34,475 bases of DNA, from the IMG/VR virus record IMGVR_UViG_3300032295_002411, positions 1-34,475 of that record; one strand, given 5' to 3'. The position numbers and the translations under genes are program-made. This document shows positions 25,856 through 34,475 of this stretch, piece after piece; position 1 is the stretch's first letter; each line of letters begins with the position of its first letter. Source of the stretch: a virus. Lineage: Duplodnaviria; Caudoviricetes. The notes beneath the pieces were generated by a model. It did not search any database. It worked only from the letters and a program-made list of their open reading frames with translations, and had not been told where the DNA came from.

Positions 25856-26341
25856 GTGTCCGCGATTGTTAAAGTTCCAAAAGAAAGATTAAGTCCAGTA
25901 GTAGTAAGAAATATTGCTCGTAAACATTGGGGATTAACTTGGGAACAAATGGAAGGAATGGATGTTCACCATTTCCCTCCAAGATGTGAAGGAGGAAAAG
26001 ATATTCCAGAACATTTATATGTTTGTAGTAGGGAAATGCATAAGTATGGGTGGCACAATGATGCTTGGTTTATGGAAAATTTAAATAAAGCAACTAAGAA
26101 AAATATTGGCAGAAAACACAGTGAAGAAACTTGTAAAAAGAAAAGTGAGGCTTTAAAGGGTCGTTCTTTTGGTCACAAATACGAAGGTGGAGAAAAACAT
26201 CCAAATAGTAAAAGAATTTTAATAAATGGAAAAATGTATGTCTCGCAACAAGAGGCTGCAGATGATTTAGGAATAACTATTCAAGGGATATCATACAGAA
26301 TGAAATATTGGGGACCAAAGAGAGGATATGAATATGTCTAA
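25856..26341 (+). mobile_element. Free-standing HNH homing endonuclease (HNH + NUMOD3 + HTH)
   Basis: MDVHHFPPRCEGGKDIPEHLYVCSREMH is HNH-like with His at the Asn position. GRKHSEETCKKKSEALKG is NUMOD3. INGKMYVSQQEAADDLGIT is NUMOD1/HTH-like. GTG start. Confidence 0.85.
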
Positions 26342-27989
26342 TATGAATGATGTTTATTTGGGTAATCCGCTACTTAAGAAGGCTAATGTAGCCGTAGAAT
26401 TTACACAGGAACAAATACTTGAATTTATCAAGTGTAAGAATGATCCTGTGTATTTTGCTAAAAATTATATCAAAATTGTTTCACTAGATTATGGTGAGAT
26501 ACCATTTAAGATGTATCCTTTTCAGGAGAAGTTGATCAATAATTTCCATAATAACAGATTTAATATCTGTAGAATGCCTCGTCAGACAGGTAAATCTACA
26601 ACTTGTGTTTCATATTTGTTACATTATGCAGTATTTAATGATAATGTCAACATAGCTATTCTAGCCAACAAAGCATCCACTGCACAGGATCTACTGAGTA
26701 GATTACAATTTGCATACGAGAAACTGCCAAAGTGGATGCAACAAGGTATTGTATCATGGAATAAACGATCTCTAGAGCTAGAAAATGGTTCCAAGATTAT
26801 CGCCGCATCTACTTCTGCATCTGCTGTCCGAGGCGGATCATATAATGTCATCTTTTTGGACGAGTTCGCGTTCATCCCAAATCACATTGCTGATGAATTC
26901 TTTGCCTCTGTTTATCCTACTATTTCGTCAGGTCAAAGCACAAAAGTCCTGATTGTTTCTACCCCAAAGGGTATGAATCATTTCTACCGTATCTGGCATG
27001 ATGCAGAAAGAGGTAAGAATGAGTATATACCCACTGATGTTCATTGGTCCGAGGTTCCAGGTAGGGACGAAAAATGGAAAGCTCAGACAATTGCAAACAC
27101 ATCTGAACAACAGTTTAAGGTTGAGTTTGAGTGCGAATTTTTAGGATCTGTTGATACTCTTATATCTGCGGCAAAACTTAGATCTTTGGTATACGACGAT
27201 CCAATTAAGTCAAATGCTGGTTTAGACATTTATGAAGAACCACAGAAGGATCACAATTATGTCCTAACAGTGGATGTAGCCCGTGGTGTAGAAAAAGATT
27301 ACTCTGCGTTTACTATTTGCGATACAACATCGTTTCCATATCGTCTTGTAGCAAAATACAGAGACAATCAAATCAAACCGATGTTGTTTCCAAGTGTCAT
27401 TAAAGATCTTGCAGTTGCATATAATAAGGCATACATTCTTGTAGAAGTCAATGATATTGGAGAACAAGTAGGACAAATTCTTCACATGGATTTGGAATAT
27501 GATAATGTTCTTATGTGTACTATGAGAGGTCGTGCAGGTCAACTGGTTGGACAGGGATTTTCTGGAAAGAAATCTCAGATGGGAGTCAAGATGTCCAAGA
27601 ATGTCAAAAAGATTGGATGTATGAATCTTAAAACATTAATTGAAAGTGATAAGTTAGTAATTAACGACTACGATACTATAAGTGAATTGACCACTTTTAT
27701 CCAAAAATCAAATTCATTTGAAGCTGAAGATGGTTGCAACGATGACCTTGCAATGTGTCTTGTTATTTTTGCTTGGTTAATTGCACAACCATATTTTAAA
27801 GAAATGACGGACAATGATGTTCGTAAAAGATTATATGAAGAACAAAGAAATCAAATTGAACAAGATATGGCTCCGTTTGGTTTTATTTCCGATGGTTTAG
27901 ATGGTGGTGAAAGTTTCGTAGATGGAGATGGAGATCGTTGGCATATTGATGAATATGGAGATAGATCATTTATGTGGGATTACAACTAA
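26328..27989 (+). CDS. gp17: Terminase large subunit gp17
   Basis: YLGNPLLKKAN, Walker A PRQTGKST, Walker B IFLDEFAF, VSTPKG, nuclease motifs VDVARG and NDDLAMCL. The real start may be ATG 26334 or 26343. Confidence 0.97.
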   Translation: MNMSNMNDVYLGNPLLKKANVAVEFTQEQILEFIKCKNDPVYFAKNYIKIVSLDYGEIPFKMYPFQEKLINNFHNNRFNICRMPRQTGKSTTCVSYLLHYAVFNDNVNIAILANKASTAQDLLSRLQFAYEKLPKWMQQGIVSWNKRSLELENGSKIIAASTSASAVRGGSYNVIFLDEFAFIPNHIADEFFASVYPTISSGQSTKVLIVSTPKGMNHFYRIWHDAERGKNEYIPTDVHWSEVPGRDEKWKAQTIANTSEQQFKVEFECEFLGSVDTLISAAKLRSLVYDDPIKSNAGLDIYEEPQKDHNYVLTVDVARGVEKDYSAFTICDTTSFPYRLVAKYRDNQIKPMLFPSVIKDLAVAYNKAYILVEVNDIGEQVGQILHMDLEYDNVLMCTMRGRAGQLVGQGFSGKKSQMGVKMSKNVKKIGCMNLKTLIESDKLVINDYDTISELTTFIQKSNSFEAEDGCNDDLAMCLVIFAWLIAQPYFKEMTDNDVRKRLYEEQRNQIEQDMAPFGFISDGLDGGESFVDGDGDRWHIDEYGDRSFMWDYN

Positions 27990-28219
27990 TGGATATAGAT
28001 GACCAGTTTGAACTAGAACATTTGTTTCTTACGGAAAGAAAATGTAGAGTTTGTGGACAGGTTAAAGATTTGTTAGATGGGTTTTATTTGACTCGTAAGG
28101 GTAGGGGTGACATAGCATCTGCATATTCCTATGAATGTAAAATATGCACTATTATGAGAATAAAAAATAGTAGAAAAGTAAAAAATGTCAGTCATAAGTG
28201 GGAATATCCCGACTGGTAA
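27989..28219 (+). CDS. Small Zn-ribbon-like hypothetical protein
   Basis: CRVC...FY...YSYECKIC. Probable start at the TAATG overlap with the gp17 stop (the track starts at 27974). Confidence 0.7.
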   Translation: MDIDDQFELEHLFLTERKCRVCGQVKDLLDGFYLTRKGRGDIASAYSYECKICTIMRIKNSRKVKNVSHKWEYPDW

Positions 28220-28259
28220 GTTGTTCATTAGCGGTTTCCCCATTATAAAGTAAGCAAAT

Positions 28260-28267
28260 AATAAATA
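28260..28267 (+). promoter_or_regulatory. Late promoter variant AATAAATA
   Basis: Upstream of gp18, with a GAGGG RBS following. Confidence 0.65.
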
Positions 28268-28303
28268 TTTGTAGTCAAGTTGAAACTCTTTAGAGGGAAA
28301 GAC

Positions 28304-30715
28304 ATGTCGCTAAACTTAGTATCACCAGGCATAAAGGTTAGAGAGGTCGATCTTACTGTAGGTAGAATAGACGCAGTAAACGAACAAATCGGAGCCTTTG
28401 TCGGACCTTTCCAAAAGGGTCCAGTAAACGTTCCCGTTCTCATTGAGACGGAAAAGGATTTATTAAATACATTCGGTAAGCCATTAAATAATGACAATCA
28501 ATATGAATATTGGTTAACCGCATCTTCATATCTTTCATATGGAGGAGTATTGAGAGTAGTAAGATCAGACTCCTCCCTACTAAAGAATGCAAATTATCCA
28601 GTATCCACACCAGTAAATTTAAAAATTACAAATCAGGAAGACTATTCCAATAGTCATACAAATGATACTGATTGGATTTTTGCCGCTAAAGATCCAGGAT
28701 CTTGGGCAAACGGATTAAAAGTTTGCACAATTGATGCCTCAGCGGATCAAAGAATAGCAATTGGAACCTTCGGAATTTCTGCAGGATATGCAATAACCTG
28801 TGGAATTTCCACCAGTTATGCAACTTCTACTGGAACTGTAGAGTCTTTTAGTGGATTTATTAAAGGCATAGTAAGTAAAGTTAATAAAGGAAACATTGAT
28901 GTAAAAATAGTTAGTTTACATAACTCTTCTACAGGAGTATCAACTGAAGTAACATATACCTCTTCCGGATTGAATAGAATTCCAAGTGGATCTGGACAGT
29001 ATTATCAGATTTTTGATAATGTAGGTACAGCTACATCATTAGAAAAATTTAGATTTGATAATAATGCTACTATAGGTGTAGGATCTACTGCTATAACTGC
29101 TCCGAGTGGATTTGTTGCTGCAGTTCAAGCCTCCGGTATCATTTCAGTTGGAGACTTAATTCAAACATTAAACGGAGCTCTAACTGCAAGAGTCACTGGA
29201 ATTACTACAACACAAGTTTTAATAGATAGTGCTTCACCAGTTTCTTTTGCATCAACAACATTAGTAGTCAGATACACTAGAAATGTAGTTGACAATACCT
29301 TAGGAAACGGTGAAGGACTCCTAACAAATTCAAGTAATAGTATTGTAGATTGGTATGAACAACAAACTTTAGGATTGAATAATTCTGTAATTTACTGGAA
29401 ATCAATTGCTCCAAAACCAGGCACATCACAATATTGTGCTGAAAGAGGTGGAAAAAATGATGAGATTCATCTAGTAGTTGTTGATGATAGTGGATCTGTA
29501 AGTGGAATTTCTGGAAACATTTTAGAAAAATATACAAATTTAAGTAAAGGACTAGATGCAAAAATTTCTCCTTCAGAAAATATATACTATAAAAATTATT
29601 TGGCGAACGTTTCTGGGTATGTATTTGCTGGAACTGGCGATTCCGTATCAGGAAACAAATTTACATCTATAGATGGATACACTCAAACCAGTGGTGGAAC
29701 AATTGCTTGGGGACAAAATTGCACGGGCATAAATTTTGGATCTGCAGGAAATAAATCATATTCTTTATCTAATGGATATGATTACTCTTCAGCATCCGGT
29801 GGAATGTCATTAACATTATCTGATGTACTAAACTCTTATGAAATTTTTAGAAATCCTGCAGAATATGATGTAAACTTCTTAATTGCAGGTCCAGATGGAG
29901 GAAGTACGGTATTTGAGGCTCAAGCAAAAGCTAACAGACTAATTGATATTGCAGAATCCAGAAAAGATTGTATTGCTTGTATTTCTCCAACAAGATCTGG
30001 AGTTCTCAATATATCCAATAGTGATACTCAGACAACCAATATTGTCAATTTCTTTGATTCAGTTACATCTTCTTCTTATGCAGTGTTTGATTCTGGTTAT
30101 AAGTATATGTTTGATAGATTTAATAATGAGTTTAGATATATACCACTAAATGGAGACATTGCAGGATTGATGGCAAGAACATCGATCAATAATTATGCTT
30201 GGTTCTCCCCAGCAGGAGCTTCAAGAGGTGTTATAAACAATGCTATTAAACTTGCTTATAATCCTTCGCAACCACAAAGAGACATTCTTTATCCAAAGAG
30301 AATTAATCCAGTCATATTCTCCCCAGGATCCGGAATTATTCTCTTCGGTGATAAAACTGGATTATCTGTAGCGAGTGCATTTGATAGAATTAATGTTCGT
30401 CGTCTATTTTTAACAATCGAAGATACTATTTCTAGAGCAGCAAGAGCTCAACTTTTTGAATTTAATGATGTAATTACTCGTTCTAACTTTGTAAACATTG
30501 TTGAACCATATCTTCGTGATGTTAAATCAAAGAGAGGAATTACAGATTTCTTAGTTGTTTGTGATGAATCAAATAATACTCCAGACGTTATTGATTCAAA
30601 TCAATTTAGGGCTGATATTTTCATCAAACCTGCAAGATCAATTAACTTTATTGGTCTCACTTTTGTCGCTAATAGAACTGGTATTAGTTTTGAAGAGGTT
30701 GTTGGAACCGTTTAA
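28304..30715 (+). CDS. gp18: Tail sheath protein gp18
   Basis: Motifs LVSPGIKVREVDLT, GPFQKGP, WFSPAG..RG, GDKT...SAFDRINVRRLF, FEFND, IFIKPARSINFI. ATG 28304 is preferred over TTG 28280. Confidence 0.97.
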   Translation: MSLNLVSPGIKVREVDLTVGRIDAVNEQIGAFVGPFQKGPVNVPVLIETEKDLLNTFGKPLNNDNQYEYWLTASSYLSYGGVLRVVRSDSSLLKNANYPVSTPVNLKITNQEDYSNSHTNDTDWIFAAKDPGSWANGLKVCTIDASADQRIAIGTFGISAGYAITCGISTSYATSTGTVESFSGFIKGIVSKVNKGNIDVKIVSLHNSSTGVSTEVTYTSSGLNRIPSGSGQYYQIFDNVGTATSLEKFRFDNNATIGVGSTAITAPSGFVAAVQASGIISVGDLIQTLNGALTARVTGITTTQVLIDSASPVSFASTTLVVRYTRNVVDNTLGNGEGLLTNSSNSIVDWYEQQTLGLNNSVIYWKSIAPKPGTSQYCAERGGKNDEIHLVVVDDSGSVSGISGNILEKYTNLSKGLDAKISPSENIYYKNYLANVSGYVFAGTGDSVSGNKFTSIDGYTQTSGGTIAWGQNCTGINFGSAGNKSYSLSNGYDYSSASGGMSLTLSDVLNSYEIFRNPAEYDVNFLIAGPDGGSTVFEAQAKANRLIDIAESRKDCIACISPTRSGVLNISNSDTQTTNIVNFFDSVTSSSYAVFDSGYKYMFDRFNNEFRYIPLNGDIAGLMARTSINNYAWFSPAGASRGVINNAIKLAYNPSQPQRDILYPKRINPVIFSPGSGIILFGDKTGLSVASAFDRINVRRLFLTIEDTISRAARAQLFEFNDVITRSNFVNIVEPYLRDVKSKRGITDFLVVCDESNNTPDVIDSNQFRADIFIKPARSINFIGLTFVANRTGISFEEVVGTV

Positions 30716-30752
30716 TTTTTTAAAACATCAATCCCTACAGAGGTAAAAACAA

Positions 30753-31445
30753 ATGTCATTTTCAAACACTCCAAGTTTTAGCTCCAGAACTTTAGAAGAT
30801 TTTAAAGCAAGGTTAATTGGTGGAGCAGCTCGTCCTAACCTTTTTGAAGTTGAACTTACATTTCCCAACTTTGCTACAGAGGGATCGACCGGTGATACAA
30901 CGGATCAAACGAGAGCTGTAAGTGAATTATCAAGATTTATGATTAAAACTGCTAATTTGCCAGCGTCAAATGTCGGTGTAATTGAAGTTCCTTTCCGTGG
31001 AAGAACCTTGAAAATAGCAGGTGATAGAACATTCGATGTTTGGACAGTTACTGTCATTAATGATGTTGACTTTTCAATTAGAACTGCTTTTGAAAAGTGG
31101 ATGAATGCTATCAACAAACATGATGATAACTCTGGATTAATCAATCCAGCGCAATATCAGAGAGATGCAGTTGTAAAACAGTTTGGAAGATCTTCACTAT
31201 CTTCCGCTCAGTCCAATGTTACATCTCCAACTGTAACTGGACCTGGAGATTCAATTCCAGTCCTCAAAGCCTATAAGTTCTATGGAATTTTCCCAACTGC
31301 AGTAAGCGCTATTGATCTTTCGTATGATTCTACTGATGCTATCGAAGAGTTTACTGTTGATCTCCAAGTTCAATGGTGGGATGCACTGGATTCTCAAGGA
31401 AATACTCAATTGGGTACAGATCCCCAAGTTTTGAACCCACTATAA
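30753..31445 (+). CDS. gp19: Tail tube protein gp19
   Basis: Motifs GGAARPNLFEV, LPASNVG.IEVPFRGR.LKIAGDRTF..WTVTVIND, IEEFTVDLQVQWW. Confidence 0.96.
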   Translation: MSFSNTPSFSSRTLEDFKARLIGGAARPNLFEVELTFPNFATEGSTGDTTDQTRAVSELSRFMIKTANLPASNVGVIEVPFRGRTLKIAGDRTFDVWTVTVINDVDFSIRTAFEKWMNAINKHDDNSGLINPAQYQRDAVVKQFGRSSLSSAQSNVTSPTVTGPGDSIPVLKAYKFYGIFPTAVSAIDLSYDSTDAIEEFTVDLQVQWWDALDSQGNTQLGTDPQVLNPL

Positions 31446-31448
31446 ATA
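31441..31448 (+). promoter_or_regulatory. T4-type late promoter TATAAATA
   Basis: Exact consensus overlapping the gp19 stop, upstream of gp20. Confidence 0.75.
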
Positions 31449-31474
31449 ATAGAAATATAGTTTCTATTTGAATA

Positions 31475-33190
31475 ATGCCTAAATTATTTGGTTTTAAAAT
31501 CCAAGATTCGGAGGACGATAGATCTAAAAAATCTATCGTCTCTCCTGTTCCGGAGAATCAAGAAGATTCTTCGGATTTTTATGTTGCAAGTGGATTTTAC
31601 GGACAATATGTTGATATTGAAGGAGTCTATAAATCCGAATACGATTTGATCAAAAGATATCGTGAAATGGCTATTCATCCAGAAGTGGATAGCGCAATTG
31701 AAGATATTATAAATGAAGCCATTGTTTCCGATCAAAATGATTCACCAGTCCAAATCGATCTTCAGAATGTTCCAGCTTCGGACAGACTTAAAAATATAAT
31801 TAGACAAGAATTTAAGTACATCAAAGAGATTTTAGACTTTGATAAAAAATGTCACGAAATTTTAAGAAATTGGTATGTTGATGGTAGAATTTATTATCAT
31901 AAAGTCATTGATTTAGAAAAACCACAAGAAGGGATCAAAGAGGTAAGATATATCGATCCCATGAAAATTAAACTAGTCAGAAAAATTAAAAAAGATGGCA
32001 AACATGTTTTAAATCCATCTTTTTCAGTTACTTCTGGAAAGTCCCCAAATGGCAATATGTCAACTCCAGAAGTTGAAGAGTTTTATGAGTATGATCCAAA
32101 TATTAGAGGAACTGGTGCAGGTCAGTCTACCAGTAACTTTAAAAACGCAATTGGTGGTTCTGCAAGAATTTCAAAGGATGCTATTACGTATGTTCATTCT
32201 GGTTTAGTAGATAGAAACAAACAAGTAGTTCTTTCTTATCTACACAAAGCAATTAAGGCTCTCAATCAACTTCGTATGATTGAGGATTCTCTGGTCATCT
32301 ATCGTTTATCTCGTGCCCCAGAAAGAAGAATTTTTTATATTGATGTAGGCAATCTTCCCAAAATCAAAGCAGAACAATATCTTCGTGATGTTATGACTCG
32401 TTATCGTAATAAGTTGGTTTACGATGCAAACACTGGAGAAATCCGTGATGATAAGAGAATGATGTCAATGCTTGAGGATTTTTGGCTTCCAAGAAGAGAA
32501 GGTGGTAGAGGAACTGAAATCACCACTCTTCCAGGTGGACAGAATCTTGGTGAACTTACTGATGTTGAATATTTTCAAAAGAAACTTTTTAGAGCACTTG
32601 GAGTTCCCGAGTCTCGTTTGGGTGGAAGTGGTGGATTCAATCTTGGAAGATCTTCGGAAATTCTAAGAGACGAAATTAAGTTCACGAAGTTTGTGGGAAG
32701 AATGAGAAAAAGATTTTCTCATCTTTTCATGGATATGTTGAGAACTCAACTTCTCCTCAAAAACATCGTAACTGTAGAAGATTGGAAAGTTCTTTCAGAT
32801 CATATTCAATTTGATTTTGTTTATGATAATCATTTTGCAGAACTCAAAGAAGCTGAACTTATTCAAAATAGACTAAATGTTCTTGTTGCAGCAGAACCTT
32901 ATGTTGGTAAATATTTTTCAGTTGAATATGTAAGGAGAAATATCCTTAAACAAACTGATTCTGAAATTGTAGAAATTGATGAACAGATTGGTGCAGAACA
33001 AGCAGCCGGAATAATTCCTCCTCCAATGGATCCGACAACCGGACTTCCCGTTGGACAAGAACTATCGACTTCTGAACAACCAGCAATGGGTGAAGTTCCA
33101 ATGAATCCGGAGGTTAATACTGGAATTGCTGAAATGCCTCCAACGGAGGAAGCACCAAAAGTTACGATGCCTAAAGGTGGCAGAATCTAA
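31475..33190 (+). CDS. gp20: Portal protein gp20
   Basis: Motifs YRLSRAPERRIFYIDVGNLPK.KAEQY, EDFWLPRREGGRGTEITTLPGGQNLG, EILRDEIKF. Confidence 0.98.
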   Translation: MPKLFGFKIQDSEDDRSKKSIVSPVPENQEDSSDFYVASGFYGQYVDIEGVYKSEYDLIKRYREMAIHPEVDSAIEDIINEAIVSDQNDSPVQIDLQNVPASDRLKNIIRQEFKYIKEILDFDKKCHEILRNWYVDGRIYYHKVIDLEKPQEGIKEVRYIDPMKIKLVRKIKKDGKHVLNPSFSVTSGKSPNGNMSTPEVEEFYEYDPNIRGTGAGQSTSNFKNAIGGSARISKDAITYVHSGLVDRNKQVVLSYLHKAIKALNQLRMIEDSLVIYRLSRAPERRIFYIDVGNLPKIKAEQYLRDVMTRYRNKLVYDANTGEIRDDKRMMSMLEDFWLPRREGGRGTEITTLPGGQNLGELTDVEYFQKKLFRALGVPESRLGGSGGFNLGRSSEILRDEIKFTKFVGRMRKRFSHLFMDMLRTQLLLKNIVTVEDWKVLSDHIQFDFVYDNHFAELKEAELIQNRLNVLVAAEPYVGKYFSVEYVRRNILKQTDSEIVEIDEQIGAEQAAGIIPPPMDPTTGLPVGQELSTSEQPAMGEVPMNPEVNTGIAEMPPTEEAPKVTMPKGGRI

Positions 33191-33196
33191 TAAATA
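33189..33196 (+). promoter_or_regulatory. Late promoter variant AATAAATA
   Basis: Overlaps the gp20 stop. Confidence 0.55.
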
Positions 33197-33226
33197 ATTT
33201 TAAGTAAACTTTGATATTAAAAAACA

Positions 33227-33409
33227 ATGGATGATCTTATTGACATGATGGTTTCTAACGAATCTCCTGCAGATGTTAGTGACCGAATTAAAGAAATTCT
33301 CATGCAAAAATCTGCAGAAAATATTGATATTATTAGACCGGTTGTAGCAGCTTCAATGTTTGGTGAACAAGAAGTTGAAGAAGAACCTATTGAAGAAGAC
33401 GCAGAATAA
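33227..33409 (+). CDS. Small acidic protein, positional equivalent of T4 prohead core gp67
   Basis: 60 aa with a Glu-rich tail, directly after the portal gene. Confidence 0.6.
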   Translation: MDDLIDMMVSNESPADVSDRIKEILMQKSAENIDIIRPVVAASMFGEQEVEEEPIEEDAE

Positions 33410-33415
33410 TAAATA
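33408..33415 (+). promoter_or_regulatory. Late promoter variant AATAAATA
   Basis: Overlaps the stop of 33227-33409. Confidence 0.5.
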
Positions 33416-33440
33416 ACTATTATAGAACTTTATTATAACA

Positions 33441-33710
33441 ATGCAAAGAACAAAAATAATTGCAACAGAAGTTGCGATGCCAACAACTGCAGGTACTGCT
33501 TCCAGTATTACTGAGGCAACTTGCGTAAGATTATTTAATGGATCTGGAGCTACAGCTACGGTAAGTATTTCAACTGCTGTTGGTGCTGCAACAACTAATA
33601 GTTTTACTATGGCAACGGGTGGAGTTGAATTTCTTCAAAAAGCTTCAACTGATGTGATCTTTGCATCTTCCTCATCTGTGAGAGCCGCTAAAGTAGGACT
33701 TACCAACTAA
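33441..33710 (+). CDS. Small beta-rich hypothetical virion protein
   Basis: 89 aa, Ala/Thr-rich (ATCVRLFN...VEFLQK), between gp20 and gp21. Confidence 0.65.
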   Translation: MQRTKIIATEVAMPTTAGTASSITEATCVRLFNGSGATATVSISTAVGAATTNSFTMATGGVEFLQKASTDVIFASSSSVRAAKVGLTN

Positions 33711-33715
33711 GAAAA

Positions 33716-34366
33716 ATGAAACTAATCACCGAAGAAGTAACGAATGTAAAGATTATCACCGAAGGAAAAGGTGCTAATAAAAAGCTTTACATTGAAGGAG
33801 TATTCCTTCAAGGCGAAATCAAGAATCGTAATGGAAGAATGTATCCAATCACAACTCTTGCTCGTGAAGTAGATCGTTATAACGAAAACTTTGTTGCAAA
33901 AGGTCGTGCTCTTGGAGAACTCGGACATCCTGATGGTCCTACAGTTAATCTTGACCGTGTTTCTCACAAAATTACTTCTCTTGTTCAAGAGGGAAATAAT
34001 TTCAGAGGTAAAGCACAAATTCTTAATACCCCTATGGGCAAGATTGCATCTTCTCTTCTTGATGAAGGTGTAATGCTTGGAGTTTCTTCTCGTGGTGTTG
34101 GTTCACTCCAAACAACTAGTGAAGGTCACAAAGTAGTTGGTGAAGATTTTATGCTTGCAACTGCTGCTGATATTGTAGCAGATCCTTCTGCCCCAGACGC
34201 TTTTGTTTCTGGAATCATGGAAGGTAAAGAGTGGGTTTGGGACGGAGGAATTCTTCGTGAACAACTTGCTTCCAAAACTCAGAAGAGAATTAACACTCTT
34301 GTTGATCAAAGAAGACTTGATGAGCAGAAGTTAAATCTGTTTAATGAGTTTCTATCAAATCTATAA
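33716..34366 (+). CDS. gp21: Prohead core protease gp21
   Basis: Motifs MKLITE, IEGVFLQ...NRNGRMYP, ALGELGHP, LGVSSRG.GS, DIVADPSAPDAFV. Confidence 0.97.
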   Translation: MKLITEEVTNVKIITEGKGANKKLYIEGVFLQGEIKNRNGRMYPITTLAREVDRYNENFVAKGRALGELGHPDGPTVNLDRVSHKITSLVQEGNNFRGKAQILNTPMGKIASSLLDEGVMLGVSSRGVGSLQTTSEGHKVVGEDFMLATAADIVADPSAPDAFVSGIMEGKEWVWDGGILREQLASKTQKRINTLVDQRRLDEQKLNLFNEFLSNL

Positions 34367-34368
34367 AT

Positions 34369-34376
34369 TATAAATA
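34369..34376 (+). promoter_or_regulatory. T4-type late promoter TATAAATA
   Basis: Exact consensus upstream of the next ORF, with a GGAG RBS at 34401. Confidence 0.75.
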
Positions 34377-34411
34377 AATACAGATTATACTAAGGTAATC
34401 GGAGAGTACAA

Positions 34412-34475
34412 ATGTCCCGTGGTAAGAATTTACAAGAAATGGAAACCGGCACTTCACAATCCAAAACTGCTGTAA
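34412..34475 (+). CDS. gp22: Prohead core scaffold gp22, N-terminus (3'-truncated)
   Basis: MSRGKNLQEMETGTSQSKTAV after a promoter and RBS. Synteny after gp21. Confidence 0.7.
   Translation, partial: MSRGKNLQEMETGTSQSKTAV

Noticed and set aside
25856-27989. Group I intron or intein associated with the HNH gene and terminase
   Set aside because: gp17 is continuous from its normal N-terminal YLGNP motif and has typical length. No split exon or intein motifs were seen.
2800-34309. Numerous 60-138 aa alternative-frame or antisense ORFs nested in larger genes (e.g. 5660-6076, 18620-18922, 24121-24447, 29277-29561, 33722-34018)
   Set aside because: They lie inside well-supported genes and have no recognisable motifs or expression signals.
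1-34475. CRISPR array, tRNA, rRNA or other structured RNA genes
   Set aside because: The window is almost fully coding with gaps under about 90 nt. No repeat-spacer periodicity or cloverleaf was seen by eye. A covariance-model search was not run.
1-34475. Stop-codon reassignment or programmed frameshift
   Set aside because: All core genes are full length under the standard bacterial code, and no broken conserved gene needs recoding.

Overview
This window is the late (virion morphogenesis) region of a T4-like cyanophage-type myovirus with low GC content. It opens with the 3' end of a repetitive structural gene and a 2470-aa tail fibre that has an Mtd-like N-terminus and a C-terminal peptidase S74 intramolecular chaperone. 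An accessory island of about 11 kb follows (8648-19636). The island holds two triplets of small paralogous jelly-roll/C1q-like proteins, each triplet followed by one small partner gene. It also holds five 2OG-Fe(II) oxygenases, two related CP-motif proteins and a flavin-dependent (tryptophan-halogenase family) halogenase. The conserved T4-like core comes next: gp13, gp14, gp15, gp16, gp17, gp18, gp19, gp20, gp21 and the start of gp22. Between gp16 and gp17 sit a 731-aa modular protein that looks like a capsid-targeted, prohead-protease-processed polyprotein, a 56-aa NblA-like ORF missed by the ORF track, and a free-standing HNH homing endonuclease. T4-type late promoters (TATAAATA and variants) precede most transcription units. 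All family assignments come from motif recognition and synteny. No database search was run.
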